A stretch of DNA of 64,000 nt from an uncultured Planctomycetota bacterium (GTDB lineage: Bacteria; Planctomycetota; Planctomycetia; Gemmatales; HRBIN36): contig CALFAY010000008.1 in assembly GCA_937944855.1 (NCBI GenBank), positions 4,653 through 68,652 on the forward strand, given 5' to 3'. Below are positions 28,672 to 37,377 of this stretch, one piece after another. Position 1 is the stretch's first letter. The number at the start of each line of letters is the position of its first letter. Position numbers and translations under genes: made by a program. The notes below the pieces were generated by a model. That model had not been told where the DNA came from, ran no database searches, and worked only from the letters and a program-made list of their open reading frames with translations.

Positions 28672-30636
28672 CTAAGCTTCCTCCTCCTCCCGGAGCTTGG
28701 CCAGGATGCTGTAGTCTTCCAGCGTCGTGACGTCGCCGGTGGTCTGATGGCCCGCAGCGATGTCCCGAAGCAACCGGCGCATGATCTTTCCAGAGCGGGT
28801 CTTCGGCAGCGCGTCGGTGAAGCGGATCTCGTCTGGACGGGCCAACGCCCCGATCTCCTTGACGACATGCTCCCGCAACTCTTTCTTGAGTTCTTCGGAC
28901 GGCGACACTCCGCCTTCCAGGGTGACGAAAGCGGCGATGCCCTCGCCCTTGATCGGGTCCGGCTTGCCGACGACCGCGGCTTCGGCAACCTTCGGATGGC
29001 TTACCAGCGCGCTTTCGATTTCCATCGTGCTGAGGCGGTGTCCCGCCACGTTGAGCACGTCATCCACCCGGCCCATGACCCAGTAGTAGCCGTCCTCGTC
29101 GCGGCGCGCTCCGTCGGCGGTGAAGTAACAATGGGGAATCTGCGACCAATACTGCTTCCGATAGCGTTCATCGTCGCCGAAGATCGTCCGCATCATGGCC
29201 GGCCAGGGCTTGCGAATGACCAGGAAACCACCCTGGTTGACGCCGACTGGTTGGCCGGTGTTGTCCACGACATCGGCGACGACGCCGGGCAGCGGCAACG
29301 TGCAGGAGCCGGGCTTGAGCGGCGTGGCTCCCGGCAAGGGCGACAGCAGAATCATACCCGTTTCCGTTTGCCACCAGGTATCGACAATCGGACAGCGACC
29401 GCCGCCGATGACCTCGTGGTACCAGATCCACGCCTCGGGGTTGATCGGCTCACCGACCGAACCGAGCAAACGCAAACTGGACAAGTCGTGCCCCTTGGGC
29501 CACTGATCGCCCCAACGCATGAAGGAACGGATCGCCGTCGGAGCCGTGTAGAAAACGTTGACCCGATACTTCTCGACGATTTCCCAGAAGCGGTCCTCGC
29601 GAGGATAGTTGGGTGCACCTTCGTAGATCAGCGTCGTGGCTCCGTTGCACAAGGGGCCGTAGACGACGTAGCTGTGTCCCGTCACCCACCCGATGTCGGC
29701 GGTACACCAATACAGGTCTTCGTCCTTGATGTCGAAGACCCAGCGGTGCGTGCAGGAAACGCCGAGAAGGTAGCCGCCCGTGGTGTGCAGCACGCCCTTG
29801 GGCTTGCCCGTCGAACCGCTGGTGTAGAGGATGAAAAGCGGATGCTCACTGTCGAGCGGCTCAGCCGGGCACTGGGTAGAGGCGTCGGCCATCAGGTCGT
29901 GCCACCAGAAATCCCGGCCCGACTTCATCTCCACCGGCTGATTGCAGCGGTTGAAGACGATGCACTTCTCCACGGTCGGTGATTTGGCCAGGGCGACATC
30001 GGAATTGTGCTTGAGCGGCACGACCTTCCCACGGCGCCAACCGCCATCGGCGGTGATGAGCAGGCGGGCCTTGGCGTCGTTATTGCGATCCGCCACCGCC
30101 TCTGCCGAGAAGCCGCCGAAGATGACCGAATGCGTCGCCCCGATGCGGGCACAAGCCAGCATGGCGACGATGGCCTCGGGTACCAGCGGCATGTAAATCG
30201 TCACCCGGTCGCCGGGCTGGATGCCCAGTTTCTTCAGAACATTGGCGAACTTGCAGACTTCGCGGTGCAGGTCTTGATACCGGAGGATACGAGTTTCACC
30301 TGGCTCGCCTTCCCAGACGATGGCGGCCTTGTTGCGGCGGGCCGTCATCAGGTGCCGGTCCAGGCAGTTGTAGCTGACGTTGAGCTTTCCGCCGAGGAAC
30401 CACTTGGAATAAGGCTCTTGCCAGTCAAGAACCTTGTGCCACCGCTGAAACCAGTGCAGTTGCTCCGCCTGTTCGGCCCAGAAGGCTTCGGGAGCGTCCA
30501 CGGACCTTTGCCACATGTTCCGATACTCGGCCATGCTGCGGATGTGGGCCTGCGCGGCGAAATCGGCAGGGGGCGGAAACACGCGGCTTTCCTTCAGCAC
30601 GCTCTCGATGGTTTGAGCGGCGGACACGTTCGACAT
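28672..30636 (-). CDS. acs: Acetyl-CoA synthetase (AMP-forming)
   Basis: 654 aa. Canonical Acs N-terminus ([18 protein letters not shown]) plus [47 protein letters not shown] and a C-terminal [12 protein letters not shown]. Confidence 0.95.
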   Translation of the reverse strand: MSNVSAAQTIESVLKESRVFPPPADFAAQAHIRSMAEYRNMWQRSVDAPEAFWAEQAEQLHWFQRWHKVLDWQEPYSKWFLGGKLNVSYNCLDRHLMTARRNKAAIVWEGEPGETRILRYQDLHREVCKFANVLKKLGIQPGDRVTIYMPLVPEAIVAMLACARIGATHSVIFGGFSAEAVADRNNDAKARLLITADGGWRRGKVVPLKHNSDVALAKSPTVEKCIVFNRCNQPVEMKSGRDFWWHDLMADASTQCPAEPLDSEHPLFILYTSGSTGKPKGVLHTTGGYLLGVSCTHRWVFDIKDEDLYWCTADIGWVTGHSYVVYGPLCNGATTLIYEGAPNYPREDRFWEIVEKYRVNVFYTAPTAIRSFMRWGDQWPKGHDLSSLRLLGSVGEPINPEAWIWYHEVIGGGRCPIVDTWWQTETGMILLSPLPGATPLKPGSCTLPLPGVVADVVDNTGQPVGVNQGGFLVIRKPWPAMMRTIFGDDERYRKQYWSQIPHCYFTADGARRDEDGYYWVMGRVDDVLNVAGHRLSTMEIESALVSHPKVAEAAVVGKPDPIKGEGIAAFVTLEGGVSPSEELKKELREHVVKEIGALARPDEIRFTDALPKTRSGKIMRRLLRDIAAGHQTTGDVTTLEDYSILAKLREEEEA

Positions 30637-30745
30637 CGCACATGCTCCTTGCTTGCGGAATCAGACGACTCCCCGAAAGACTTCAGGCGAAAAACTCCGA
30701 ATTGTCGGCCATTGTGCTGCTCCGAGGAACATTGTCCAGGCTATT

Positions 30746-32206
30746 TCACTTGCTGGCCGTGGACAAACCCGGCGATGCATTAAAGGCTTTCATTTCGCTG
30801 GCGTCGGCGATCTTGTGGATGCGGACCTCGCCGTTCCAGGCTCCGCTGGCCACGAGTTGTCCATCGGGGCTGATGGCTAAGGCGTAGATGTGGTCGTTGT
30901 GTCCGCCGAAAGAGCGGACCAGTTGGCCGTTGTCTGTGTTCCACACCCGCACCGTGCCGTCGCTGGAACAGGTCAGCACCCAAGGCTGTGAGGGATGCAG
31001 AAGCACCTTCCAGATCGCCTTGCCGTGTCCCCCCAACGCCCGCACCTGTTTGCCTTCTCCAGTCGCATTCCAGAAGCGAACTTGCTTGTCCTCTCCGCCG
31101 GAGATGCCGAGCTTGCCGTCGCGACTGGCAGTCACACCGTACACAGGATTCTGATGTTCCGGAAACGTCACGACGGATTCTTTCGCGTCCAGGTCCCAGA
31201 CTTTGGCTGTCTTGTCCCGACTGCACGAGAACAGATGCTTGTTGTCCGGCGCGAAGGCCAGACCGAAGACCCAGTCGGCGTGGTTCTCGACGGTTTGCTG
31301 CAAACTCCAGTCGCCGGTGTCCCACACGCGAATGACGCGATCACACCCGCCAGCGGCGAGCCGCTTGCCGTCGCCGCTGAGGGCCAGGCACAGGATTTCG
31401 TCGGCGGTTTGCAGCAGTTCCCGAACCAGCACCCCAGCCTGCGGATCGACTCCGTTGTAGATGGCAACTTCGCCGTCAACCCGCGTGGGCTGAGCATCAA
31501 GATTGTAAATGCGAATGTCCCCCTCCTGACCGGGGCGGCCTCCCGCCACGACAAGCAGGCTGCTGTTGGGCAAAAAGAGCATGGCGTTGGCCCGCTCGGC
31601 GCGGGTATGCACTCGGCCCTCGAGCTTGCCGCTCTCGACGCCGTACAGCAGAAGCTCGTGGTAGCCGCCCACAACCAACTTCTTGCCGTCCGGCTTGAAG
31701 GTTAAAGCTCGAACGATGCTGGGGAATGGGTACGCGGTCGGCGGGGTGGGCGGCTGCCAGCGTTTCCGCAGTTCGGCGGCCAGATCGGCCTGTGGCGAAG
31801 GCCCGTCGAACTTCGCTCCCTCCTTGATCCAGCGTTCAATGACAGTTACCTTGTCAGCCTTGAGCGGCCCGCCTGCTTCCTTGGGCGGCATGATCGGCTC
31901 TTCCTTGCCAGCCATGAAGAGAAACAGATTGCTCTCTTCAGGTTTGCCTGGCACGATGGGTTCTCCCTGGTTGCCGCCTTTCATCATCCGTTCGAAGGTA
32001 GTCAGGTCCAGCTTGCCTTTCTGCTTTTTGGCGTCGTGACAGGCAAAGCAGTTTTCCTTGAGAATCGGGGCCACGTGCTCCATGAAGCTGATCGGCTTGT
32101 CGGCGGCAGCCTGAGCGTGGGCAACCGAGGCGGACACGAGCAACCACACGAGAGCTGCTGCCGCAGCGATCCAGGCACACAGCACGCACAATCGGTAGGT
32201 ACGCAT
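30746..32206 (-). CDS. Planctomycete-type cytochrome c domain (PSCyt-like, CFACH) fused to a WD40 propeller
   Basis: 486 aa. Signal peptide, then FMEHVAPILKENCFACHDAKKQKGKLDLTTF (heme CxxCH), then about 7 WD40 repeats (VRVWDTGD, AKVWDLDA, VRFWNATG, VRVWNTDN...). Confidence 0.85.
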   Translation of the reverse strand: MRTYRLCVLCAWIAAAAALVWLLVSASVAHAQAAADKPISFMEHVAPILKENCFACHDAKKQKGKLDLTTFERMMKGGNQGEPIVPGKPEESNLFLFMAGKEEPIMPPKEAGGPLKADKVTVIERWIKEGAKFDGPSPQADLAAELRKRWQPPTPPTAYPFPSIVRALTFKPDGKKLVVGGYHELLLYGVESGKLEGRVHTRAERANAMLFLPNSSLLVVAGGRPGQEGDIRIYNLDAQPTRVDGEVAIYNGVDPQAGVLVRELLQTADEILCLALSGDGKRLAAGGCDRVIRVWDTGDWSLQQTVENHADWVFGLAFAPDNKHLFSCSRDKTAKVWDLDAKESVVTFPEHQNPVYGVTASRDGKLGISGGEDKQVRFWNATGEGKQVRALGGHGKAIWKVLLHPSQPWVLTCSSDGTVRVWNTDNGQLVRSFGGHNDHIYALAISPDGQLVASGAWNGEVRIHKIADASEMKAFNASPGLSTASK

Positions 32207-32247
32207 GGCGGGACTCCGATCCGGTGGGTGGGCGACTGACCCTTTCG

Positions 32248-32276
32248 ATTATAGCGGAGGCAGCTATTCCAGCGAA
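32248..32276 (-). promoter_or_regulatory. Sigma70-like promoter for 30746..32206
   Basis: Reverse strand reads TTCGCT - 17 nt - TATAAT (a perfect -10). The -10 lies about 42 nt upstream of ATG 32206, with a GGAG SD in the leader. Confidence 0.45.
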
Positions 32277-32288
32277 AGGAGCCAAGTG

Positions 32289-33533
32289 TCAGCGGAGTTG
32301 GGGAATGCGAAAGGGCAGCGATTCGGTTTCGGGGACGTTGGCGCGGTCCAAATGTTGCAGCAGATCCACCTCAAACGGTTTCTTGAGATTATTGCCTGCC
32401 AGGTCCTCCAGGATCGTCTCGACGACCAGGGCATAGTCACCCGCGGTCCAAGGTGTGTCCGGGATGAAGTGCCAGCGGCGTTCGTGGTCGCTGATACGGA
32501 CTTGACCAGAGATCGTCTTGCCGTCCCGGACCACCGACAGGACCCGCTCCAGCAGGCCGTGATCCAGCGGTTCCGGAAAGACGATGCTCAGAGGCTTTCG
32601 GGAATTGGCGGGGGGAACGTGCATTTGCCAATCGGCGACCCGCGGCATGACGGTGTCCGGCGGACCGACGGTGAATTCCTTACGAAAACCCACCGTCAGC
32701 GGCTTTCCTTCGGCATCCAGCCAGGACTCCACAACGACAAGGGCGTACCGTCCTCCCTTCTGAAGCGCCGGGCCAACCTCGCGGCGGGGCAAAAGTTCAC
32801 TCTTGATCCGTCCCGGGTCGAGGAGCAACGTCAGGCGTTGCCCCGAGGGATCCCACAATTCCTCGGGAAGCTCCAAGAAAGGCATTTCTACTTCCTTGCC
32901 CTCCGCGTCAAACAACTTCACGCAATCGTAGGCCATGCCTCGGCTCATCGGGGCCGAGAAGTGGATGTAGAACTTGAGCAGATTCTCGGGCAGTACGTCG
33001 GCCGACGGGTAAACAGCCGTGACGCGGGTCGTGGGCAATTCCCATTTGTTCGGGATGACGAAGGACCGCACCAACATGTCTGTAAATCTTCCAGCAGCCC
33101 AATCTGGGAACTTCTGCGTGATTTGCCCAAGCGGGTCCCCGTACACGTCCACCACGGCACCACGACTGACGGGATAGCGTGGCTTGAATTGGATGCCGTC
33201 GGGAAGAATGGTGTAGGTTCCCAGGATCGGCGTGGGAAGCGCGGAGCAATCTGCCTGTTCCGCTTGCGTTCGCTTGGTCGCGGATTTAGGCCCCCTCATT
33301 GCAACCAGCAGAAACTCCGATCCCGCATTGTTGTCTTCGTCCAGCCGGTCACGGATGCGCTGGATCAGTCCGGAGTGCAGGCCGACCAGCTGAAAGACTT
33401 CGTTCCCTTCGGCGTCCTGGAGGATTTTCACCTCGGTACGAACATTTGGCACCGGCATCGCTCGCGGCGGAGGGGAGCTGCAACCCATCGCTGACGCCAT
33501 GCACATGAGAGCAGCCGTTAAAAGCCATCGCAT
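32289..33533 (-). CDS. Putative lipoprotein, function unknown
   Basis: 414 aa. MRWLLTAALMCMASAMGCSS has a lipobox-like AMGC. The body is beta-rich with normal coding composition. The antisense 429-aa ORF looks like junk. Confidence 0.7.
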   Translation of the reverse strand: MRWLLTAALMCMASAMGCSSPPPRAMPVPNVRTEVKILQDAEGNEVFQLVGLHSGLIQRIRDRLDEDNNAGSEFLLVAMRGPKSATKRTQAEQADCSALPTPILGTYTILPDGIQFKPRYPVSRGAVVDVYGDPLGQITQKFPDWAAGRFTDMLVRSFVIPNKWELPTTRVTAVYPSADVLPENLLKFYIHFSAPMSRGMAYDCVKLFDAEGKEVEMPFLELPEELWDPSGQRLTLLLDPGRIKSELLPRREVGPALQKGGRYALVVVESWLDAEGKPLTVGFRKEFTVGPPDTVMPRVADWQMHVPPANSRKPLSIVFPEPLDHGLLERVLSVVRDGKTISGQVRISDHERRWHFIPDTPWTAGDYALVVETILEDLAGNNLKKPFEVDLLQHLDRANVPETESLPFRIPQLR

Positions 33534-33545
33534 CTGGGTGAGTCC

Positions 33546-33591
33546 AGAAAATACCGGGCGGTACCGACCGTTTTCGTCGGTCCGCCCGGTA
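33546..33591 (-). terminator. Strong rho-independent terminator
   Basis: A 16-bp stem with one bulged T: 33552-33568 pairs with 33576-33591 (TACCGGGCGG[T]ACCGAC / GTCGGTCCGCCCGGTA), with a 7-nt loop. On the reverse strand it is followed by TTTTCTGG. It lies 38 nt after the stop of 33629..34708. Confidence 0.8.
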
Positions 33592-33628
33592 GGGGTTGCC
33601 AGATCCAGGACCAGGAAAACCCTATCGC

Positions 33629-34708
33629 CTACGGCAACGGCAGGGGTTCGAGATTGTACGTGCCGCTTTCCGTGCGGAGCAGGACGAGCGCGTGGCTGTC
33701 GTCGTAGCGGTCCAGTTGCACGACGTTGTTCTGGAACTGCTCCAATGTCTCGTAGCTCTGTCCCGCTTTGTCGGCCACTCGGGTCGTGATGCCCGGGGCT
33801 TTTTCGATGTTCTCGGCAGTGATCTTCATCAGACCGCGGCTGTTATTGGCCATGAGCACGGAGGTCTTGCCGCCCTTCTGGTACACGATCATGTCCAACG
33901 GCCGATTGCGATTGCCCAGTTCTGCTACCGTCACGCCCTTGACGTGAGCGCCTGGCTGGATGTCCTTGAGCGGAATACGCACCAGCGGCGTGCAGGTGTA
34001 GGCTGCCAGAAGATAATCTTCGTTGTCCGCGCCGCGATAGAAGGTGAAAGTGCGGATCGGTGCATTCGTCTCGAACCGGCCATGCGAACCGTGATAAATC
34101 TCGATGCCCGCCGGTGGCTCCTCCTTGCTGAATGGGAAAGCGATGACCCGCAGGCGACTGGCAAACTCTTCGTTGGACAGGCCGGCCACATAGAGCTTAC
34201 CGTTGAAGTAGGCCAGATCGGTGATCGCCTCCATACGATTGCGGACCGTGGCATTGGACAACGGCATCTTGCTGAACTTGACATCCTTCAGCGGCACTTC
34301 GCTGATTTTTCCAGTGCGGTCCACCCGCAGGATAAATGGAACTGCATTCGGCCCCTGACCCCGCGTTACCGACAGATAGACCTGCCCCGAGAGCGGATTG
34401 ACCGCCATGTCATTGATCGTCAGGTCGCGAGGCGTGACGCCGAGCAATCCGGCGATCTTGGCATCCAATGCCTCGACCCTGGGGATGCCTTCGCCGGCGG
34501 ACTTGGCGTCCCAGGTGGCGATGGCGAACACCGCCGCACCCTGCGGATCTCCCACGAACAGGATGCCCTCCGGGCCGAAAGCCAGAGGACCGACCGACTT
34601 GATGTCCGGCGTGCCCACCTGGAGACTGGCAGTCAGGTCTGCCGCCGGTGCCAGCGACGTTGCCGCCAGCAGCGCGATCATGGCGATTCCCATGCGTGTC
34701 TGCCTCAT
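33629..34708 (-). CDS. Secreted hypothetical protein (beta-propeller-like)
   Basis: 359 aa. Signal peptide MGIAMIALLAATSLAPAADL, a beta-rich body, no motif I can name, and its own terminator. Confidence 0.7.
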   Translation of the reverse strand: MRQTRMGIAMIALLAATSLAPAADLTASLQVGTPDIKSVGPLAFGPEGILFVGDPQGAAVFAIATWDAKSAGEGIPRVEALDAKIAGLLGVTPRDLTINDMAVNPLSGQVYLSVTRGQGPNAVPFILRVDRTGKISEVPLKDVKFSKMPLSNATVRNRMEAITDLAYFNGKLYVAGLSNEEFASRLRVIAFPFSKEEPPAGIEIYHGSHGRFETNAPIRTFTFYRGADNEDYLLAAYTCTPLVRIPLKDIQPGAHVKGVTVAELGNRNRPLDMIVYQKGGKTSVLMANNSRGLMKITAENIEKAPGITTRVADKAGQSYETLEQFQNNVVQLDRYDDSHALVLLRTESGTYNLEPLPLP

Positions 34709-34924
34709 GGCTCACTCCTTCCTCCGCTGTGAACCGGAGATGCTCCACCCCACCAACAGGGTAGAACTGGATGGTCTGGGACTGTTCAGTCGTCGGCCCG
34801 TGCTGCGGGGCCGACAAGTCGCGCCTCTATCTTGCCGGTTCTGGGTGGATTTGCAAGCAAAAGGTGGAATATGAGAAATCGGGTTTTACACTTCGCCATG
34901 CCAGGCCGAGGATACAATGCCCTC

Positions 34925-35377
34925 ATGGGGGAGAAAACGCAAGCCTCAGACCTGGAAACCGATCCGCGATTTCCCAGCGGCCCCTGGATCGGCTTTTGGA
35001 TCCAGAAACCAGTTCCGCCGGGTAAGCACGCAATGGAACTGCAACTCCGGTTCCGCGAGGGTGTGATCACAGGCGACGGGCGGGATTGGGTCGGGAAATT
35101 CTCCATCGAAGGAAGCTACGAGCTTACGACCGGAGCCTGCCGTTGGATCAAACGTTACCTGGGTCGGCACACCGTGCAATACAACGGCTACAACGAAGGC
35201 AGAGGCATCTGGGGCCGATGGGAGATAGCCGATGAGCATCTCCACGGCGGCTTCTGCATCTGGCCGGAAGGCTTTCCCGATCCCAGCTTGGACCGGCTGA
35301 AAGAAGAAGCCGACTTGCCAGTCAGTAAGGTCTCCGAAACCCTGTCCGAGGAACCGCTGCTGAGTCCCACACCTTAG
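34925..35377 (+). CDS. Hypothetical protein
   Basis: 150 aa from ATG 34925; the track ORF begins at 34832 and 34871 is another option. The Trp/Gly-rich core is FPSGPWIGFWIQK...GIWGRWEI...GGFCIWPEG. No family recognised. Confidence 0.55.
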   Translation: MGEKTQASDLETDPRFPSGPWIGFWIQKPVPPGKHAMELQLRFREGVITGDGRDWVGKFSIEGSYELTTGACRWIKRYLGRHTVQYNGYNEGRGIWGRWEIADEHLHGGFCIWPEGFPDPSLDRLKEEADLPVSKVSETLSEEPLLSPTP

Positions 35378-35492
35378 CCAGTCCCTTATGGACTATCGGC
35401 TCCGTTAAGTCTTTAGGCGTTTGTTGTGAGCGGTCCGCGGCTGCGGTAAGTTGAGAGGAAGCAATTCGGAGGTTCGTCACGGAGGGGCGATC

Positions 35493-35963
35493 ATGCGCAC
35501 GATCTTGTCCTGGGTGTCAATCGCCTTCTTTGTGGCCGGTGTGGGAGTTTTGGCTTACGCCGGCTACCTGTACGCCACGCAACAGACCGGGCCGGTGGTG
35601 CATGTCGCCAATGCCGACCAAGAATTGACTCTTGAACCCAAGGAGAATCGCACCGTCACCTTCGAGGTGGTCAATACCGGCCGAAAGCCGGTGCGCGTCG
35701 TGGGGTTAACCGGATCCTGCGGACTGGGCGGCTGCCTCACCCCGAAGCCCGAGGCACCCTTCGATCTGCCGCCTGGCAAGACGCATATCGAATGCGAGCT
35801 GCGGGTGGGACCGGCTGGACCGATCGACGCCAGAGCGTACCTCTACCTAAACGACTTCGGCCTGCAAACCCACGTCTTGCGGGTTCACGGTCAGATCGTC
35901 GCCACTTCGGGTCAACCCGAACAAAAGAATCCTACCGATGCCTCACCGTCAGATGGCCAATAA
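35493..35963 (+). CDS. Membrane-anchored Ig-like (DUF1573-like) protein
   Basis: 156 aa from ATG 35493 with GGAGGGG upstream. TM is ILSWVSIAFFVAGVGVLAYAGYL. The stretch VTFEVVNTGRKPVRVVGLTGSCGLGGC resembles DUF1573; this assignment is tentative. Confidence 0.6.
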   Translation: MRTILSWVSIAFFVAGVGVLAYAGYLYATQQTGPVVHVANADQELTLEPKENRTVTFEVVNTGRKPVRVVGLTGSCGLGGCLTPKPEAPFDLPPGKTHIECELRVGPAGPIDARAYLYLNDFGLQTHVLRVHGQIVATSGQPEQKNPTDASPSDGQ

Positions 35964-36056
35964 CCCTCGCCTAGGGAGGTAACACAAGCGAGTACGGACA
36001 CGGCCAACGACGTTTCAACACAGACATAACAAACAGGAACTCGACGGGAGGGGAAG

Positions 36057-36127
36057 CTGGGGAACTAGGATTCGAACCTAGACAAGCAGATCCAGAGTCT
36101 GCTGTGCTACCGTTACACCATTCCCCA
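36057..36127 (-). tRNA. tRNA-Gln (anticodon CUG)
   Basis: Hand-folded cloverleaf, 71 nt. Acceptor TGGGGAA/TTCCCCA. D arm GTGT-AACGGTA-GCAC. Anticodon arm GCAGA-CTCTGGA-TCTGC. Variable loop TTGT. T arm CTAGG-TTCGAAT-CCTAG. Discriminator G. CCA is not encoded. Confidence 0.9.
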
Positions 36128-36190
36128 GTGGCACGGCCATTGGCCGATCGGGCTGAACAATATCCCGGGATCTAGATGAAATTCAACCGT

Positions 36191-36219
36191 ATGATACCGC
36201 CCTCCTGGCACACGGGCAA
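36191..36219 (-). promoter_or_regulatory. Sigma70-like promoter for tRNA-Gln
   Basis: Reverse strand reads TTGCCC - 17 nt - TATCAT. The -10 lies about 64 nt upstream of the mature tRNA 5' end. Confidence 0.5.
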
Positions 36220-36268
36220 GGTATCCCGACTGGGCTTCCAGATCTCGTTCACGGGGGACGAGAAACCT

Positions 36269-36297
36269 TGCAGCCAGCGGTAGCGAGCTGGTATGAT
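36269..36297 (+). promoter_or_regulatory. Extended -10 promoter for the TPR gene
   Basis: TTGCAG - 17 nt (ending in TGg) - TATGAT, about 100 nt upstream of ATG 36398. Confidence 0.4.
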
Positions 36298-36397
36298 ACT
36301 GGAAAACCGCGCCCCGCAGCAAAAAATGCATGTTGCTCAAATCTCTCCGGTCATCCAGCGAAGTCTCATCGTGGGAGCGGAATGAGGTGTTCCAAGC

Positions 36398-37354
36398 ATG
36401 GCTGATGCGTTCGAGGTTCTGAGTCAGAAAGCCCGCCAAGCGTTGGCCGAGGGAGACGGTGTGTCGGCTCGATCGCTCTATCTGGAGGCACTGGCGAAAC
36501 GGCCCAACTCCCCGGACGCTCATTACGGCCTGGCCACCGCCTGCTTCCTGCTGAACGACCTGGAAACCGCTGCTTTCCACTTCAAGGAAGTGACGCGCAT
36601 CGACCCGCTGCGTGCCGGAGCGCACATCAATCTTGGGGCCGTGTACAACCGGCTGGGCCAACTCGACGAGGCGATCAAGGCCTTGCGTCGCGGCATTCAG
36701 CTCGACAACCGGCGGGCTGAGGCGTATTACAACCTCGGCTTGGCCTACCGTCGCAGCGGACAGCCCGAACTCGCCATGCAGGCTTACCGGGAAGCCACCC
36801 GCCTCAATCCCCGGATGGCCGACGCCCACTACAACCTCGCCAATCTCTTGATGGAGGTGGGCCGCTTTTCTCAGGCCATTGCGCACTACAAGCAGGCCCT
36901 GGAGGTCAATCCGAACTTCGAGAAAGCCAAGCTCGGGCTGGAACAGGCCGAGGCCGCCATGCGGGCAGAGTCCGGCGAAAAGCCGAGTTCACAGGCTTCG
37001 ACCGAGGTCAAAACAGCCGGGGCCAATCTGGAACGTACACTCGATCCGGTCATCGATGGCCCGGTGCTGACCGCTCTCCACAAGGCGACCATCGTCTCGG
37101 AAAACTACACCCGCGACTTTGTCAAGATTTTGGAACACGACCTCGAACCGGCCATCAAGGATCTGTCCTCGGCCCTGCTGTATGCGGAGCGGACCTCGTC
37201 CGGGGAGTTGACCGAGCGGGTCGAGCGCTTTGAAGCAGCCATTCGATCTCTGCGGGGTATGCAGAAAAACCTCCAGCAGAGCACGCGGAAAATGCGGGAG
37301 ATTACCGAACGCCTCCTGGCCGGTCCCGCCGCTTCGCAGCAGTCGGGCAGCTAA
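36398..37354 (+). CDS. TPR repeat protein
   Basis: 318 aa. About five 34-aa TPR units (AHYGLATACFLLNDLETAAFHFKEV; AHINLGAVYNRLGQLDEAIKALRRG; AYYNLGLAYRRSGQPELAMQAYREA; AHYNLANLLMEVGRFSQAIAHYKQA), then a helical tail. Confidence 0.85.
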   Translation: MADAFEVLSQKARQALAEGDGVSARSLYLEALAKRPNSPDAHYGLATACFLLNDLETAAFHFKEVTRIDPLRAGAHINLGAVYNRLGQLDEAIKALRRGIQLDNRRAEAYYNLGLAYRRSGQPELAMQAYREATRLNPRMADAHYNLANLLMEVGRFSQAIAHYKQALEVNPNFEKAKLGLEQAEAAMRAESGEKPSSQASTEVKTAGANLERTLDPVIDGPVLTALHKATIVSENYTRDFVKILEHDLEPAIKDLSSALLYAERTSSGELTERVERFEAAIRSLRGMQKNLQQSTRKMREITERLLAGPAASQQSGS

Positions 37355-37377
37355 ACCCCTTTGCGTCCATCGGTGTG

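Noticed and set aside
28537-29982. 481-aa forward ORF inside acs, and similar ones at 11445..12407, 24929..25834 and 30007..30783
   Set aside because: They are antisense or out of frame relative to strongly conserved enzymes (acs, the S41 protease, tsaD, the acyl-CoA ligase). No motifs, with high Arg/Gly/Ala/Pro content.
32205-34732. Forward ORFs 32205..33494 (429 aa) and 33596..34732 (378 aa)
   Set aside because: The opposite-strand ORFs have signal peptides, a lipobox, balanced composition and, for one, a dedicated terminator. The forward translations are Arg/Asp/Gly-rich without structure.
35964-36397. tRNA-Gln locus considered as a genomic-island or prophage integration site
   Set aside because: No integrase, recombinase or transposase lies on either side, and I saw no second copy of the tRNA 3' half by eye. 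The flanking genes look native. A computational search for a duplicated att-like 3' tRNA segment would be needed to be certain.
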